Below are positions 50,600 to 64,000 of a stretch of 64,000 bases of DNA, piece by piece. Origin of the DNA: Malacoraja senta. Taxonomy: Eukaryota. The notes under the pieces were generated by a model. That model saw only the letters and a program-made list of their open reading frames with translations. It had not been told where the DNA came from and made no database searches. Within the stretch, counting starts at the first letter, position 1. Each line of letters begins with the position of its first letter. A program made the translations under genes and the position numbers. The DNA lies in NCBI GenBank assembly GCA_038087875.1, contig JAXLNO010000146.1, positions 124,001 to 188,000 on the forward strand, in the 5' to 3' direction.

Positions 50600-53500
50600 A
50601 GAACTAAATACACTCCGAGGCCCTCACCGTCGAAGCTGCAGCCGGCGTCAGACACCTCTACCCCCTCGGCCACTCCCAGGCCGAACCTCCTGACGGTGAA
50701 GCTGCACCTACCCGCACAGCTTCCCCCGTCGATCCCACTGTGCCTGTCCACGCCACTGACGACCTTACCCCCACACTCCGTCCGCCGGCGGGCCGGTGCC
50801 ATTGACTCCACCGTTCCTTCCCTCACAACCGGACACTAGCGGGCCGGTCTGTCGGCTCACATCGGTTCCAGGCCCTGTTCCATGCAGAGGGCTGCATGAT
50901 GCCGGCCCCAACAACTTCGCGTTCATCAGATCATTAGTTCATAAGTGCTAGGAGCTGAATCAGGCCATTCGGCCCATCAGGTCCACTCCGTCGTTCAATT
51001 ATGGCTGACCTAGCATTCCCACCCAATCCCCTTTTTTCTGCATTCTCCCCATAACCATTGACACCCGTACTAATCAAGAATCTATCTATATATGCCTTAA
51101 AAATATCCATTGACGGTCTCCATAGGCTTCTGGGGGCAATGAACTCCAGAGATTCTCCACCCTCTGACTAAAGAAATTCCACCTCGTCTACTTCCTAAAG
51201 GAACGTCCTTTAACTCTGAGGCTTTGCCCTCGTGAAAATAGCCACTCCACATCCACTCTATGCAGGCCTTTCACTATTCGGTAAGTATCAAAGAGGTCCC
51301 CCTCATCCTTCTAAACCCTGTCCCAATTCCCAGTAGGGAAGTTCAATAATGGCACCACCCTTACACTAGTCTCATACTCCTCAGCCCCCATCATCTCCTC
51401 ATTGCACTTCACACGAGCATCCCTGGATCCCTCTTCCCTTTTACACTCAACCCTAACCATTGTCGTGTTTTCACCATCTCCCCTGGCCCCCCGCTTTAAG
51501 ATGGAGTAATGCGTCGGTTCTCAACAGAAGCGTCATCTTCATACCCCTGCACCTACATGTCAATGAAATCCCCCACTCCCTACCCAACCCGTAGCTCCGC
51601 CATAATGTAGAGCACTTCTTCCGCTTCCCCGTCATCTGATCTTTTCTATAGGAAGGGGGTTTTGCTTTCCAGTAATTACACATTTTCCCGTCTCCAAATT
51701 TCCCCTCCACTTGGCCTCATCCTGCCGGCCGTCATCCCACTGGACTATGTTACTTCGAACTGCCGTCGCGACATCAACCGTTTTGAAATCTCTACTACCC
51801 TGACCCACGCTGATCTCACCCGTCGCAACGCACAGCCGTCCTGTCCTTCAATAGGAATCCGGACATTGTTATTAAACCCGCCGACAAGGGAGATGCGGTT
51901 GTTGAATGGCGGGCTGACCACTACTGTGGGATTCCAGGCACCAGGTTTCGGACACCTCTTCATTCCCGCCCCTCGACTAGTTCAATTTAATTTATTGTCA
52001 CGTTTACCGAGGTACAGTGAAAAGCTTTTGTTGCCTGCTAACCAGTCAGGAGAAAGGCAATGCCTAATCAATTTACAGTGTTTCTAACATGATCAGAGAA
52101 TATCGTTTAGTGCAATGTGGAGCTAGCAAAGTCGGATCAAGGATAGCCGGAGAATCAAAGAGACAGGTAGTAGTTTAATATTGCTCTCCCGTTGTGGGAG
52201 ATTGGTCAGTTGCCTGAATATAGTGGAGTGCGTGTTGGACACTTCTATACCTTTTACCTGATGGGAAAGGTATCATTTGCCTATGACCACAGAGACGATC
52301 ACCAGGCCATCCTCTCCCAGACTGTTTCTGATCTCACCGCCTCTGACGATCTGCTATCCATAACCTCCAACATGTTCCACAATGCTCGCTTCCATCACCA
52401 CCCAAAAATCTACAATGCAGGCTGGCCTGGCAGACCCATTGTTTCTGCCTGCTCCTGTCCCGCTGAACTCATCTCCACTTTCCTCGATTCCATCCCATCC
52501 CTCCTTGTCCGTTGCATTCCCACCTACGCAAAAGGCAACTCAGGCACCCTTTATTTCTTCAACAACTTTCAGCTGTTGGCCTTCATAGCAAGAGGATTTG
52601 AGTATAGGAGCAGGGAGGTTCTACTGCAGTTGTACAGGGTCTTGGTGAGACCACACCTGGAGTATTGCGTACAGTTTTGGTCTCCAAATCTGAGGAAGGA
52701 CATTATAGCCATAGAGGGAGTGCAGAGAAGGTTCACCAGACTGATTCCTGGGATGTCAGGACTTTCATATGAAGAAAGACTGGATAGACTTGGCTTATAC
52801 TCGCTAGAATTTAGGAGATTGAGAGGGGATCTTATAGAAACGTACAAAATTCTTATGGGGTTGGACAGGCTAGATGCAGGAAGATTGTTCCCGATGTTGG
52901 GGAAGTCCAGGACAAGGGGTCACAGCTTAAGGATAAGGGGGAAATCCTTTAAGACCGAGATGAGGAAAAACTTTTTCACACAGAGAGTGGTGAATCTCTG
53001 GAACTCTCTGCCACAGAGGGTAGTTGAGGCCAGTTCATTGGCTATATTTAAGAGGGAATTAGATGTGGCCCTTGTGGCTAAAGGGGTCAGGGGGTATGGA
53101 GAGAAGGCAGGTACGGGATACTGAGTTGGATGATCAGCCATGATCGTATTGAATGGCGGTGCAGGCTCGAAGGGCCGAATGGCCTACTCCTGCACCTATT
53201 TTCTATGTATCTATGTATCTATGTATCCGATGCAAATTTTTACCATGCACGTCCAGTCCCTTCCGTCCTCCATCCTTCACTTGGTCTCAAGGCCCTCCAG
53301 TTCATCCTCGATCAGAGACCCATTCAATGTCCCTCTATTAACAATCTTCCACGCTGGCGGAATTTCTCCGCGCCCTGGCCAACTTTGGACTCCTCTCACT
53401 CTGTCCACGTGGAGCATGTACTCAATGCGTGAATGGATGCCATGTACATTCGAATGGGCACCAGCTATGTCTGCCTTTTTCGGTTACGTTCGACATTTCT

Positions 53501-53960
53501 TGTTGCATTTGTACTCTGGCTCCATCCGCCAACCCTTTTACCGCTGTATTTATGTCTGCATCGGGACTGCCGACTGCATCCGTGAAGGTTTCGTTGATTT
53601 CATTCCCCTTTACCACTAAGATCCACCGTCCCTCAAATTCATCTGGATTATCTCTGCCACTTATTTCCCCTTTACTTGTTATTTTATCTCCATCAGAGGG
53701 GAGAGACTAACGATTGATGTTTACTGAAGACCTCACGAGTGCCACGTTTATCCGGACTACCCTTCCTCCCACACTGCCTCTTGCAAGGACGTTATCCTCT
53801 AAACTCCGTCTCCGCCACATCTGCTCCCAGGACGAGGCTTTCTAGTTGAGGACTCCCAAGTTTGTCCTCATTCTTCAGTGGACGTGGTTACCCCGCTGAT
53901 GTCATAAATTGATCCCCCCACTCACGTCTCATCTGCGACCCGCATATCTACTCTGCTCTG
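50600..53960 (+). mobile_element. Degenerate Penelope-like element with nested CR1 and other fragments
   Basis: NCRRDIN, PKIY..GWPGRPIVSACSCPAELISTFLDSI and FTMHVQSL peptides. Confidence 0.7.
52574..53227 (+). mobile_element. Young 5'-truncated CR1 copy
   Basis: Almost identical to the reverse complement of 18783-19435, with (CTATGTAT)n tail. Confidence 0.93.
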
Positions 53961-55437
53961 GATTGCTGAAGAACAGCACATGTGATATAGTTATGCAAGT
54001 GTAACAGCAGGGATTAGTCAGATATCAGTGACAGTGACGTTATTGGATCGGATCGAAGAAGATGTGTGTTGATTACGTTGATGGAAAGATGAAGCGTAGA
54101 AACAGTCCCACCGAGTCCATGCCATCTATCGGCCATTTACGGTAGTTCTAAAAGAGAGCGCTCTGATGGGCAATTTACGGACGCCGATTAACGTCTCCAG
54201 CAGCTGTGACACAGAGCCGTCCACTTGGAAAGTCAGGATTACTAAGGCAAAGGCAGTCGTTTTTTGCAGAAGATTATGTTTGACTTTTTTATTTCACTCT
54301 TTCAGTGGCAATGAGGCATTGATGACACAGTGTACTTGATGTGATTGGCATAAACTTAAGGAAAGCCTTTGGCCAGCTCCCATAGTTACAGTTCACAAAG
54401 CTGGATGCCGCGGGATGAAGACTTCGAAAGTTGGATGCTGAATTGGCCTGGAAAACTCCGGCGAAGGTTAAAATGATTCGGGTGTGGGGGTGGGGAGGGG
54501 GTACAAGGAAGCAAGACAACAAGGATACTTTGTTCATTGAAGCATTATGACAACAAATAAAATCCACATGTAATCATTGTATCATCAGTTGTAAAAAAAA
54601 CTGTCGGTGCTGTGAGTGATTGAACTCTGGGTTCTTTCAGAGTTTTTCGCAGTAGAAACTATTAAGATCTTGAATAAACTGACGTTTGAAAAACTCGCCA
54701 CTGCTCGTTGAGATGTCTTCGTATGTCTGCCGTTCTGAGCTGTCACTAACAGGACAAGTGGGTCCCAGGTGAAAGTGAGATGCAAGGTGCAGGTTAAAGA
54801 TAAAATTCCCTAAAAACATCTCCTTAGAGTTGATAACCACTAATCCGGGCAGCGTTCTGGCAAAACTCTCCTGCAGCTTCCTGATTCCCTGCAGTAGTCC
54901 CTGTAATTGAACTTCCATACCTATACGCAAAACAAAAACGAACTGAGTACGCCGTATGCTTATTAATCTTTCCAAAGTACACAACTTCACAATTATCTGG
55001 ATTAAATTGCATCTACCATTGCTCAGCCATTTTAACCAAATATCATATTGCAGCCAATAATTATCTTCCTCACTGTGAACAATACCATCATTTTTTAGAC
55101 ATCTGGGAGACTAATGTGGGTCATATCCCACATTGCGCAAACGCCATTGCGCATACAATCAATAAGGTTACGGGAGAACGTGCAAACTCCGTAAAGATAA
55201 ACATCTGTAGTAAGGATAGAACCCGGTTCGCTGGCCCTGTAAGGCAGTAGCTCTACCGCTACGTCACCGTGTCGGCAGTGGGATAACATAGATCTAGTGT
55301 TACTATGATACCACATTTTCTGGATTTCTTTCTGCGTATTTGAACACATGTTCTCCTTTTACCCACAGATTGCATAACGCATATATTGTCCCTGTCCAAG
55401 TCATAATTGTTGAGATATTTCCCGGCTAAATATAGTT

Positions 55438-55620
55438 GGGGGAGAGAGAGAAAGAGAGAGGGAGATAGAGAGGGAGGGAAAGAGAGGGAGGGAGAGAGAG
55501 AGAGAGATAACGAGAGAAAGAGAGAGAGAGGAGAGGGGGGGGGGGAGAGGGTGAGAGTGAGAGAGAAATAAAGATAGAAAGAGAGAGGGAGATAGAGAGA
55601 GAGAGAGAGGGAGAGTGAGT

Positions 55621-55702
<82 letters not shown>

Positions 55703-55786
55703 TGGTGGAGGGTGAGAGTGAGGGAGAGAAAGAGATAGGTAGATGGTTAGCTGGAAAGATTGATAGGGAGAGAGAGAGAGAAACAT

Positions 55787-55850
<64 letters not shown>

Positions 55851-55884
55851 GAGAGGGAGAGGGAGAGGGAGAGGGAGAGAGAGA

Positions 55885-55940
<56 letters not shown>

Positions 55941-55958
55941 GAGGGAGAGGGAGAGGGA

Positions 55959-56042
<84 letters not shown>

Positions 56043-56049
56043 GAGAGAC
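55438..56049. repeat. (GA)n polypurine microsatellite
   Basis: Directly visible. Confidence 0.97.
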
Positions 56050-56637
56050 TATAGCGAATTACATATATCCTCAGTATCTCGAAAAAACATTTCAAAGATC
56101 CAATAGATTGTCGTCACTAATATTATGGCAGAAATAAATCACAACGGAACGAACATTTAAATAGTTCTGCTTGTCATTGAATTGGAATAAGTAATAAATA
56201 CATTTAATATATTGCAGACGCCACCAAATTGCTCACGTAGAACCGAGATATTCATCATTTGTAAAGTGATGTTTTACATTTCCGTTGAAAACCATAAGCA
56301 ATATCTCGTCACATCCCCAGCCAAAACGATCGATGTACGAAGACGAGATCATTTATCTACTCTTTAAGATAATACTGTCAGACAACATGTTACTTGAAAG
56401 CACACGATGCCTCAAATGAAATGTCGGGCCTTACACTAAATAAATTCAGAATGGCAAACCTCAGAGAAAAGTGCAAAGTCATTACTGAATTTGCTTATCT
56501 TCCCTTCATTTGATCTATCTCTCCTTCCTAACATCATTCTCCCGCCTCCTCCCCTTATCTCCTGACACCCGTACTAATCAAGAAATAACTACATAGGACT
56601 CAGGTTGCCTATAACTAATATACTAAGCCAATATGTA

Positions 56638-56966
56638 TTAATTTAATTTAGCTTAGTTTAGAGATACAGCGCGGAAACTGTCCTTTCGGCCTACCCAGTC
56701 CGTGCCGACCAGTGATCCCCGCACATTAACACAATCCTGCACAAGCAAGGGACAATTTTACATTTATTCACTTATACCATCCCAATTAACCTACAAACCC
56801 TTACATTTTTGGAATATGGGAGGAAACTGGACATCCCGGAGAGAACCTACGCAGATTACGGGAAGAACGAACATCCTCCGTACAGGCAGCAGGCGTAGTC
56901 GGGATCGAACCCGGGTCTCCGTTTATGTGAGGAAACAACCTTATCGCTGCGCCACCGTGGCGCCCT
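56638..56966 (-). mobile_element. tRNA-derived SINE
   Basis: Minus strand GGGCGCCACGGTGGCGCAGCG..CCGGGTTCGATCCC head (box A and B) and CTGTATCTCTAAACTA tail. Confidence 0.8.
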
Positions 56967-57249
56967 AGTTAATGATTCAAATCTAAGTCACGATGCCTCC
57001 AGGACCTTATGGAAGACGAGATCCATGTATGGAGTAAGCAGCGTCCATATCTATTGCTATTGGCTAACTCTGTCCCGATGATATATATGCGGTACAAATG
57101 AAAAAGTGAAATATGCAGTGAGATCATATAGTCCACTTGCCACAGAACGAAGATACCCGAAACAGATTAATCCGGGACTAGGTGGACGTTAACCAAAGAA
57201 GGATAATTCTATTACACGGGAATATACTGAATAAAGGATAATTTCGTTG

Positions 57250-58270
57250 AGGCTTTATGCCAAGTTTGCATATAATACGAAAATACGCGAAGGAACTAGA
57301 CGGGTTGGGAGAGTGTGCAGAGAAATGCCAGATGGAATACATAGCAAAGTGTGGAGTCATGCATTTTGGTAAATGCGTTGACTATTTTCTAAATGGGGGA
57401 GAGAGTCCAGAAATCGGAGGTGTGAAGGGAATTGGGAGTGCTGGTGCACGATACACAAAATGTGAATTTGCAAGTCGAATCGGCAGTAAGGAAAGCAAAT
57501 GCAATGCTAGCATTTAGTTCAAGAGGAATGAAATATAAAAACAGGGATGTACTGCTGAGGTTTTATAAGGCGCTAGTTACGCTGCATTTGTACTGGAGAG
57601 GGTCCAGAGGAGGTTTATGAAAATTGATACAGGAATTAGTGGGATAACGTAGGACAAGCGTCTGTCGGCACTGGGCCACTGCTAACTGGAGGTTAGAAGG
57701 ATGAGGGAGGCCCTCACCACCTTCCAGTCCCGCCTCAAGACCCATCTCTTCACCTCTGCATACCCTTAGTCCCATGTTCCCCTCCCCTTTGCATCTCTGT
57801 CTTACTGCTCTATTTTGTTTTGTTTATTCTTGACTCTCAATGTAAAGCGACTTTGAGTCCTGAAAAGCGCTATATAAATAAAATGTATTATTATTATTAT
57901 TATTATTGTAACTTAGCGAATAGTGAAAGGCCTGGATTGAGTGGGTGTGAAGAGGATGTTTCCACTAGTGGATGAGACGAGGGCCAGAGGTCACAGCCTC
58001 AGAATTAAAGCACGTTCCTTTAGGAAGGTGATGAGGAGGGTTGTTTCTCGTAAAAGAGTGGTGAATCAGTGGGATTCATTGCCAGAGAAGGATGTGCAGG
58101 ACGTCAATAATTATTTTCAAGGCAGAGATAGATAGATTCTTGGTTAGTACAGATGTCAGGGGTTATGGGGAGAACGCAAGAAAATGGGATTTGGATGGAC
58201 AAATAGATTAGCTAATATTAAATGGCGGTGTATATTTGATGGGCCAAATGGCCTAATTCCCTCATTAACT
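57250..58270 (+). mobile_element. CR1 3' remnant with nested L2 3' end (~57705-57907)
   Basis: AVRKANAMLAF and RMFPLVDETRARGHSLRIK peptides; insert ends GTAAAGCGACTTTGAG..AAAAGCGCTATATAAATAAA(TAT)n. Confidence 0.75.
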
Positions 58271-60496
58271 TATAACGGCTCCTTGATACAAGATTTAATT
58301 TATTTACGAAGTCGAGAAGAGCATTAGAATGAGGGAATTACACGATGAGGTAAGAATAGCACTGACAGGAGGGACCGTGCGTCGGGCCCAACGAGTAAAG
58401 TTCAGTATAGAAGCCTAACATCAGTATTCATTTTGGTGAAAAGGTTTAATTGACCAGAAAGTGCAAGTGACTGGTGAAAAACATATAATGTGCATTACTG
58501 GTTATCAATTTCACAGTGATTATATGGAATACCCGTTGATGATGAAAAGGGGGAAAATCTAGTAGAAAAATAAAATGGGCACAGGATAGTGAAGTAGAGG
58601 TGAAGCAATTTTGCGCGGTAAATTACGAAACTGGTCGAGCTCAGAAAGAACTAAAGGGAGAATACTCGAGGGACTTCTTTACAGGTTTCCGAACGGCAGC
58701 ACTAAGAGAAGGCATAAAATAAATCGGTAAATGGGAGACACCTGTAAGAAGGATGATACAATAATATATGGACACCTATGTAAACTGGACAAACGAGGTA
58801 GTGTTGTGGTAACGTGATCGATAATTAATGGAATGCACAACACATGGATATTCTTATCAACATATTTGGACTACATTGGGGGAGTGGGCTGCTTAGATCA
58901 TGTTCCGTGCAACGAGAAGTGGCTAGGTAATAATCTTCCAGCGACGGGAGAATTAGCAAACTGTGAACACTCCATAAAAGATTGGTACAGAACATATTGA
59001 AAGTTATTATCAATTCAAACCGGGTTCAAATTCTGGATGCTGGATACTTGAGGAGAACATGTTCCTTGGGGAACTCACTGGCTGAGTCAGCATCTAGAGA
59101 GGAAATAGACGATATTTCGTGTTGAGACCCTCTTTAGACTGGGTGAAATGAGACTGAATTTGGCTATGGTTAAATCGGATACTAAATGGGGTGGAAGATT
59201 GCAACCTCACGTGGTCCGCCGTGTTTCGACTAATGCAATCAACTCGACGTGCACAAACGGAAGCTCAAATAGAACAAGGTGTCCTACAACTTTAGGCTGT
59301 GCACGCCAGACGAAAGAAGAAGAAGAAGGATACTAAATTAAAAGGCATAATGTAAATGGGCAGTAGTTATCATTATTAGAAAAAAGTGAACGTTGGAGTC
59401 AAAAAGGCCGCAAGTCCAATAGTAAACTAGAAAGTCCAAGTCAAACAGAAACGTCAAAGGTAGCAATATAACAAGAAAAGGTTGACAGTAGTTACCAATG
59501 AAGCGGGAAGCAGGAGGCATCAGGATGTCGAAGAGTTCAGCAAAGGAGAGCAACATTTTACATGGAAGGATGAGTTGAAGATGAAAATATGACGGGGAGT
59601 AACGAACAGAGAACAATGATAAATGCTTTCAAAATGAAAGTTGAGAAAATAACTGTCAAGAACGGGAGAAATTAGATTGAATTAAAAAGATACAGATAAA
59701 TTTAAGATATATCTGGTGTGGGAATTTATGTAAAAGTCAATGGTATCGTAAAACAACTTCACAAAAGGCAAAGTGGCTGTCCTTTATGCAAAGGGGACAA
59801 CTTATCTACACTGACAGGAGAATAATAATTACAAGTAAACGTTTGTATTTTCAAGCATGCATCTGCAATTCAACAGCACGAGTATATTATGTGTCTTCGT
59901 GGGAGAAGGCATTCTGAATCTGCTTTCTGAAAGCCATGGTCAGGCGCACCAGGCGCAATAAATAGGCGCTATATGGTAAAGTTCATGTTGCTATCATTGC
60001 TTCTGGAGCAAACTAAAATATAACTCATCATGGAAAGAGGTTTGACTTGAATTCGATGGGAGATGATTTCCCTTTCTAAAATGAAGCAATGCCTTCTCTC
60101 AAATGGATATGGGTAGCATTTAGAGCTTGAAGCCTGTAGGTGCTATGAATCGTTTCAACACTCTGGGTTCTCTCAGAAGGGTTCGCAGTATACATGGTTA
60201 ATGCCTTGAATAAACGGATTTGTTTGAGAATCTCAACTGCTCATTGAGATGGCATTTTGTGCCTGCCGTTGTGAGCTATATGTAACACCAAATCAAGAAT
60301 ATGCGATCACACAAGCTGCATCATCACGTATGTGTTTAATTTATAACACAGGCAAATGCAACGTATTCATGATACAAGATTGAACTGAACTAGAAGCAGA
60401 ATACATACTGATATTCGTAGATGTTAGATTAGGTTTAGAATCCTCCTTTCATATCTGCTTGGAAGCAGGGAGTAGTAGCGCAGCCTGGCGACCAGA

Positions 60497-60800
60497 TTTA
60501 ATTTTAGTTCACTGTAGAGATACAGCGTGAAAACAGGCCATTCGGCCAACCGAGTCTGCACCGACCGGCAAACCCCGCACATTGACACCATCCTATAGTC
60601 GTGAGGAACAATTTACATCAATGCCAAGCCAATTAACCTACAAACCTGTACGTCTCTGAAGTGTGGGAGGAAATTGAAGGTCTCGGAGAAAACCCCGCGC
60701 AGTTTACGGGGAGAACATACAATCGCCGTTAAGATAAGCACCCGTAGTCAGGATCGAACCCTGTTCGCTGGCCCTCTACGTCCATGGCACCGTGCCGCCG
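60497..60800 (-). mobile_element. tRNA-derived SINE
   Basis: Aligns with 56638-56966. Confidence 0.75.
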
Positions 60801-61254
60801 TACCAAAGTGCGGTCAAAGGATTGAGAGGTGTACGTCTTTGATAATTGTGCAGCAGTCGCCGAGAATGTTGGACAAGTGGTGTGTTGATAATGCTTTGGT
60901 AGCGTGCTCTCGAGTTCGGATGGATGGAAGTCCTCGGCTAGAATGTCCCTCGGGCTATTATGAACAAGACCTCGGGTGTTTTGTTTCAATGGTATTGAGT
61001 GGCGGCACAGTGTGGCGTAGAGGCCCGCGAACCGGGTTCGATCCATCTGATACCCTCTGGGTGCATTTCCGAGTTTCTCCTCGTAACGGCCTGAGTTTCC
61101 ATCGGGTTTTCCGTTTCCTTCAACGTCGCAATGGAGTACGGGGTTGTACGACAAATGTCCCCTGCAAAATAGCCCCTAAGGTGTAGGCAGTGAGATAACA
61201 TAGATCTAGTGTTGCTTTGACAGGCTATTAAACTCCCGCGTTTGTTTCTGTTTT

Positions 61255-61950
<696 letters not shown>

Positions 61951-62119
61951 GGAGCTAGAAAAAGAGAAAGAGAGATTATAACTAATTCCATTTATCCCTG
62001 GTATCTCGACAAATATTTTAAAGATATAATATGCGAGTTCGGTATACCGATAAACACAAGGAATCATGTGAGATGTCAAAGGTCAAATGCTATGATTAGA
62101 AATCGAACTAACATAAATC

Positions 62120-64000
62120 TTTTTATGACATAGTTACTCCACGATTACAGAAAATGTATACACATGCTTTTAAAGAGCAAAACTTACCTGAAACACTGGC
62201 AGAATCAACGATCATATTAATACTTAAAAAAGATAAAAATATAGAAGAACCAGGATCATATAGAGCTATTGCTTTGTTAAATACGGATCAAAAAATAATA
62301 GCGAAAACACTAGCCAGTAGACTAAGCAGGTATGCTAGTAGACTAATAAATGAGGATCAAACAGGATTTATACCTAAGAGACATTCATTTAATAATTTGA
62401 GACGGTTGCTTAACATAATGCACTCACATAAATCTCAGGACCAAGAGTTATCTATCATCTCATTGGACGCAGAAAAAGCGTTTGATCAAGTAGAATGGGA
62501 CTGTATGATTAAAGTATTGCAAAAATTCCAATTGGGAGAGAACTTCATTGCATGGATAAAACTATTATATAACAAACCTACGGCTAGAATACTAACTAAT
62601 AATACATTATCCTCGAAATTTGAACTATCAAGGGGCAATAGACAAGGATGTTCATTATCACCGCTGTTATTTGCTTTAGTAATTGAACCCCTTGCTGAAA
62701 AAATAAGAACACACATGGATATTTACGGTTATAATACAAAATATTCAAATAACAAAATATCCCTATATGCCGATGATGTACTACTGTACATCACAAAACC
62801 ACAAATTAGTATACCAAATATATTAAATTTAATTGAGGACTTTGGATCCTTCTCAGGATATAGAATAAATTGGAACAAAAGTGAAATTATGTCGATAAAA
62901 CCAAAAGACTCAACACACCTCAGGAAATTCCCCTTTAAAATAGCTACAGAAAAATTCAAATATTTGGGAATTGAAATTACTAGAAATTACCAGGATATGT
63001 TTAAAGCCAATTATAATCCCTTACTTAATAAATTAAATAATATGATTAAATTCTGGAAAACACTTCCGATGTCCTTAATAGGCAGAATAAATGCTATAAA
63101 AATGATTTTCTTACCACAAATCCTATACCTATTTCAATCAATACCTATATATCTCCCAAAAAAGTTTTTCAAAAAATTGGACTCAGACATTACACATTTT
63201 ATATGGGATTATAAAATCCCATAGAATACAAAGAGCTCACCTTAATAAACGAAAAGAGTTGGGGGTCTCGCGCTCCCTAACTTTATGTATTATAATTGGG
63301 CAGTAAATATTAAAAATATGATTCACCTGCTGGACAATTCTGCCCAGCAGGCGGACTGGATTGTAATGGAAAAATGGGACTGCTCCCCGAGTAATATAGG
63401 AGCGATTATTCTCTCTCCAATAAATTTGAATAATAAAAATTATAATAACAATCCAATTATAAATAGCACAATTAGAACATGGAAACAAATAAAACAGAAT
63501 CTAAAATTAAGAAACCTATCTCTCTCAATACCAATAGTTAATAACCCATCGTTTAAACCTTCAACCATAGACAAATCATTTATACAATGGGAAAGAATGG
63601 GAATCAAAACGCTCGAAGATCTGTATGAATTGGGAAATTTACTATCATTTCAACAACTACAACTGAAATATAATTTGAAAAATAACCAATATTTTAAATA
63701 TCTACAAATTCGTGATTACCTGAAAAGATACACAAAAGACTATCATAATATGCCTTCCGACTTACTAGATGAAGCAATGAAGACAAAGGCGGAATCAGCT
63801 AATCTAATATCGTACTTATATAATATCATTTTAAACATAGAAATACCCACAACAGATGGAATTAGAAGAGACTGGGAACAAGAATTAGCTATAAAAATTT
63901 CAAAAGAGAGCTGGGATAACCATTTACTACAGGTGCATAAATGTTCGATCAATGTACGACATACGCTCATCCAATTCAAAACATTACATAGACTATATTA
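62120..64000 (+). mobile_element. L1-clade LINE ORF2 fragment (RT and downstream), 5' truncated, runs off the window
   Basis: SYRAIALLNTDQKI, DQTGFI, ISLDAEKAFD, GNRQGCSLSPLLF, LYADD, KYLGI; frameshifts near 63215-63265. Confidence 0.92.

Noticed and set aside
55259..56137. Leu-Ser and Arg-Glu repeat ORFs
   Set aside because: Translation of a (GA)n microsatellite
56895..56966. tRNA genes at box A/box B-like sequences
   Set aside because: They are heads of SINEs that continue into a shared body and tail, with no complete cloverleaf evident

Overview
Repeat-rich vertebrate DNA, most likely a cartilaginous fish (inferred from its CR1, Penelope, Rex1 and tRNA-SINE complement and from the gene family). 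The core is a cluster of five two-exon class A GPCR genes resembling GPR139/GPR142. Each has a short first coding exon (70 nt in four copies, MELPVLNQVENIFYPIL..GIP), an intron, and a ~910-nt second exon. Two copies are intact (14776-17196 and 46747-49354, both +). One has a single nonsense codon (1211-2450, -) and two are decayed (26417-28911, 33083-37555). The copies share a ~250-bp proximal promoter and flanking repeat fossils, and their amino-acid differences concentrate in the extracellular and pocket-facing segments, which fits a birth-and-death receptor repertoire. Mobile elements: a 6.7-kb non-autonomous Helitron whose empty site survives in paralogues (it carries minisatellites and a nested Rex1 LINE), a near full-length CR1 with an esterase ORF1 and 90-bp 5' monomers, a truncated Gypsy element, an L1 fragment, Penelope remnants with hammerhead ribozyme motifs, SINEs and long microsatellites. 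All alignments were done by eye, so boundaries of old repeats are approximate.
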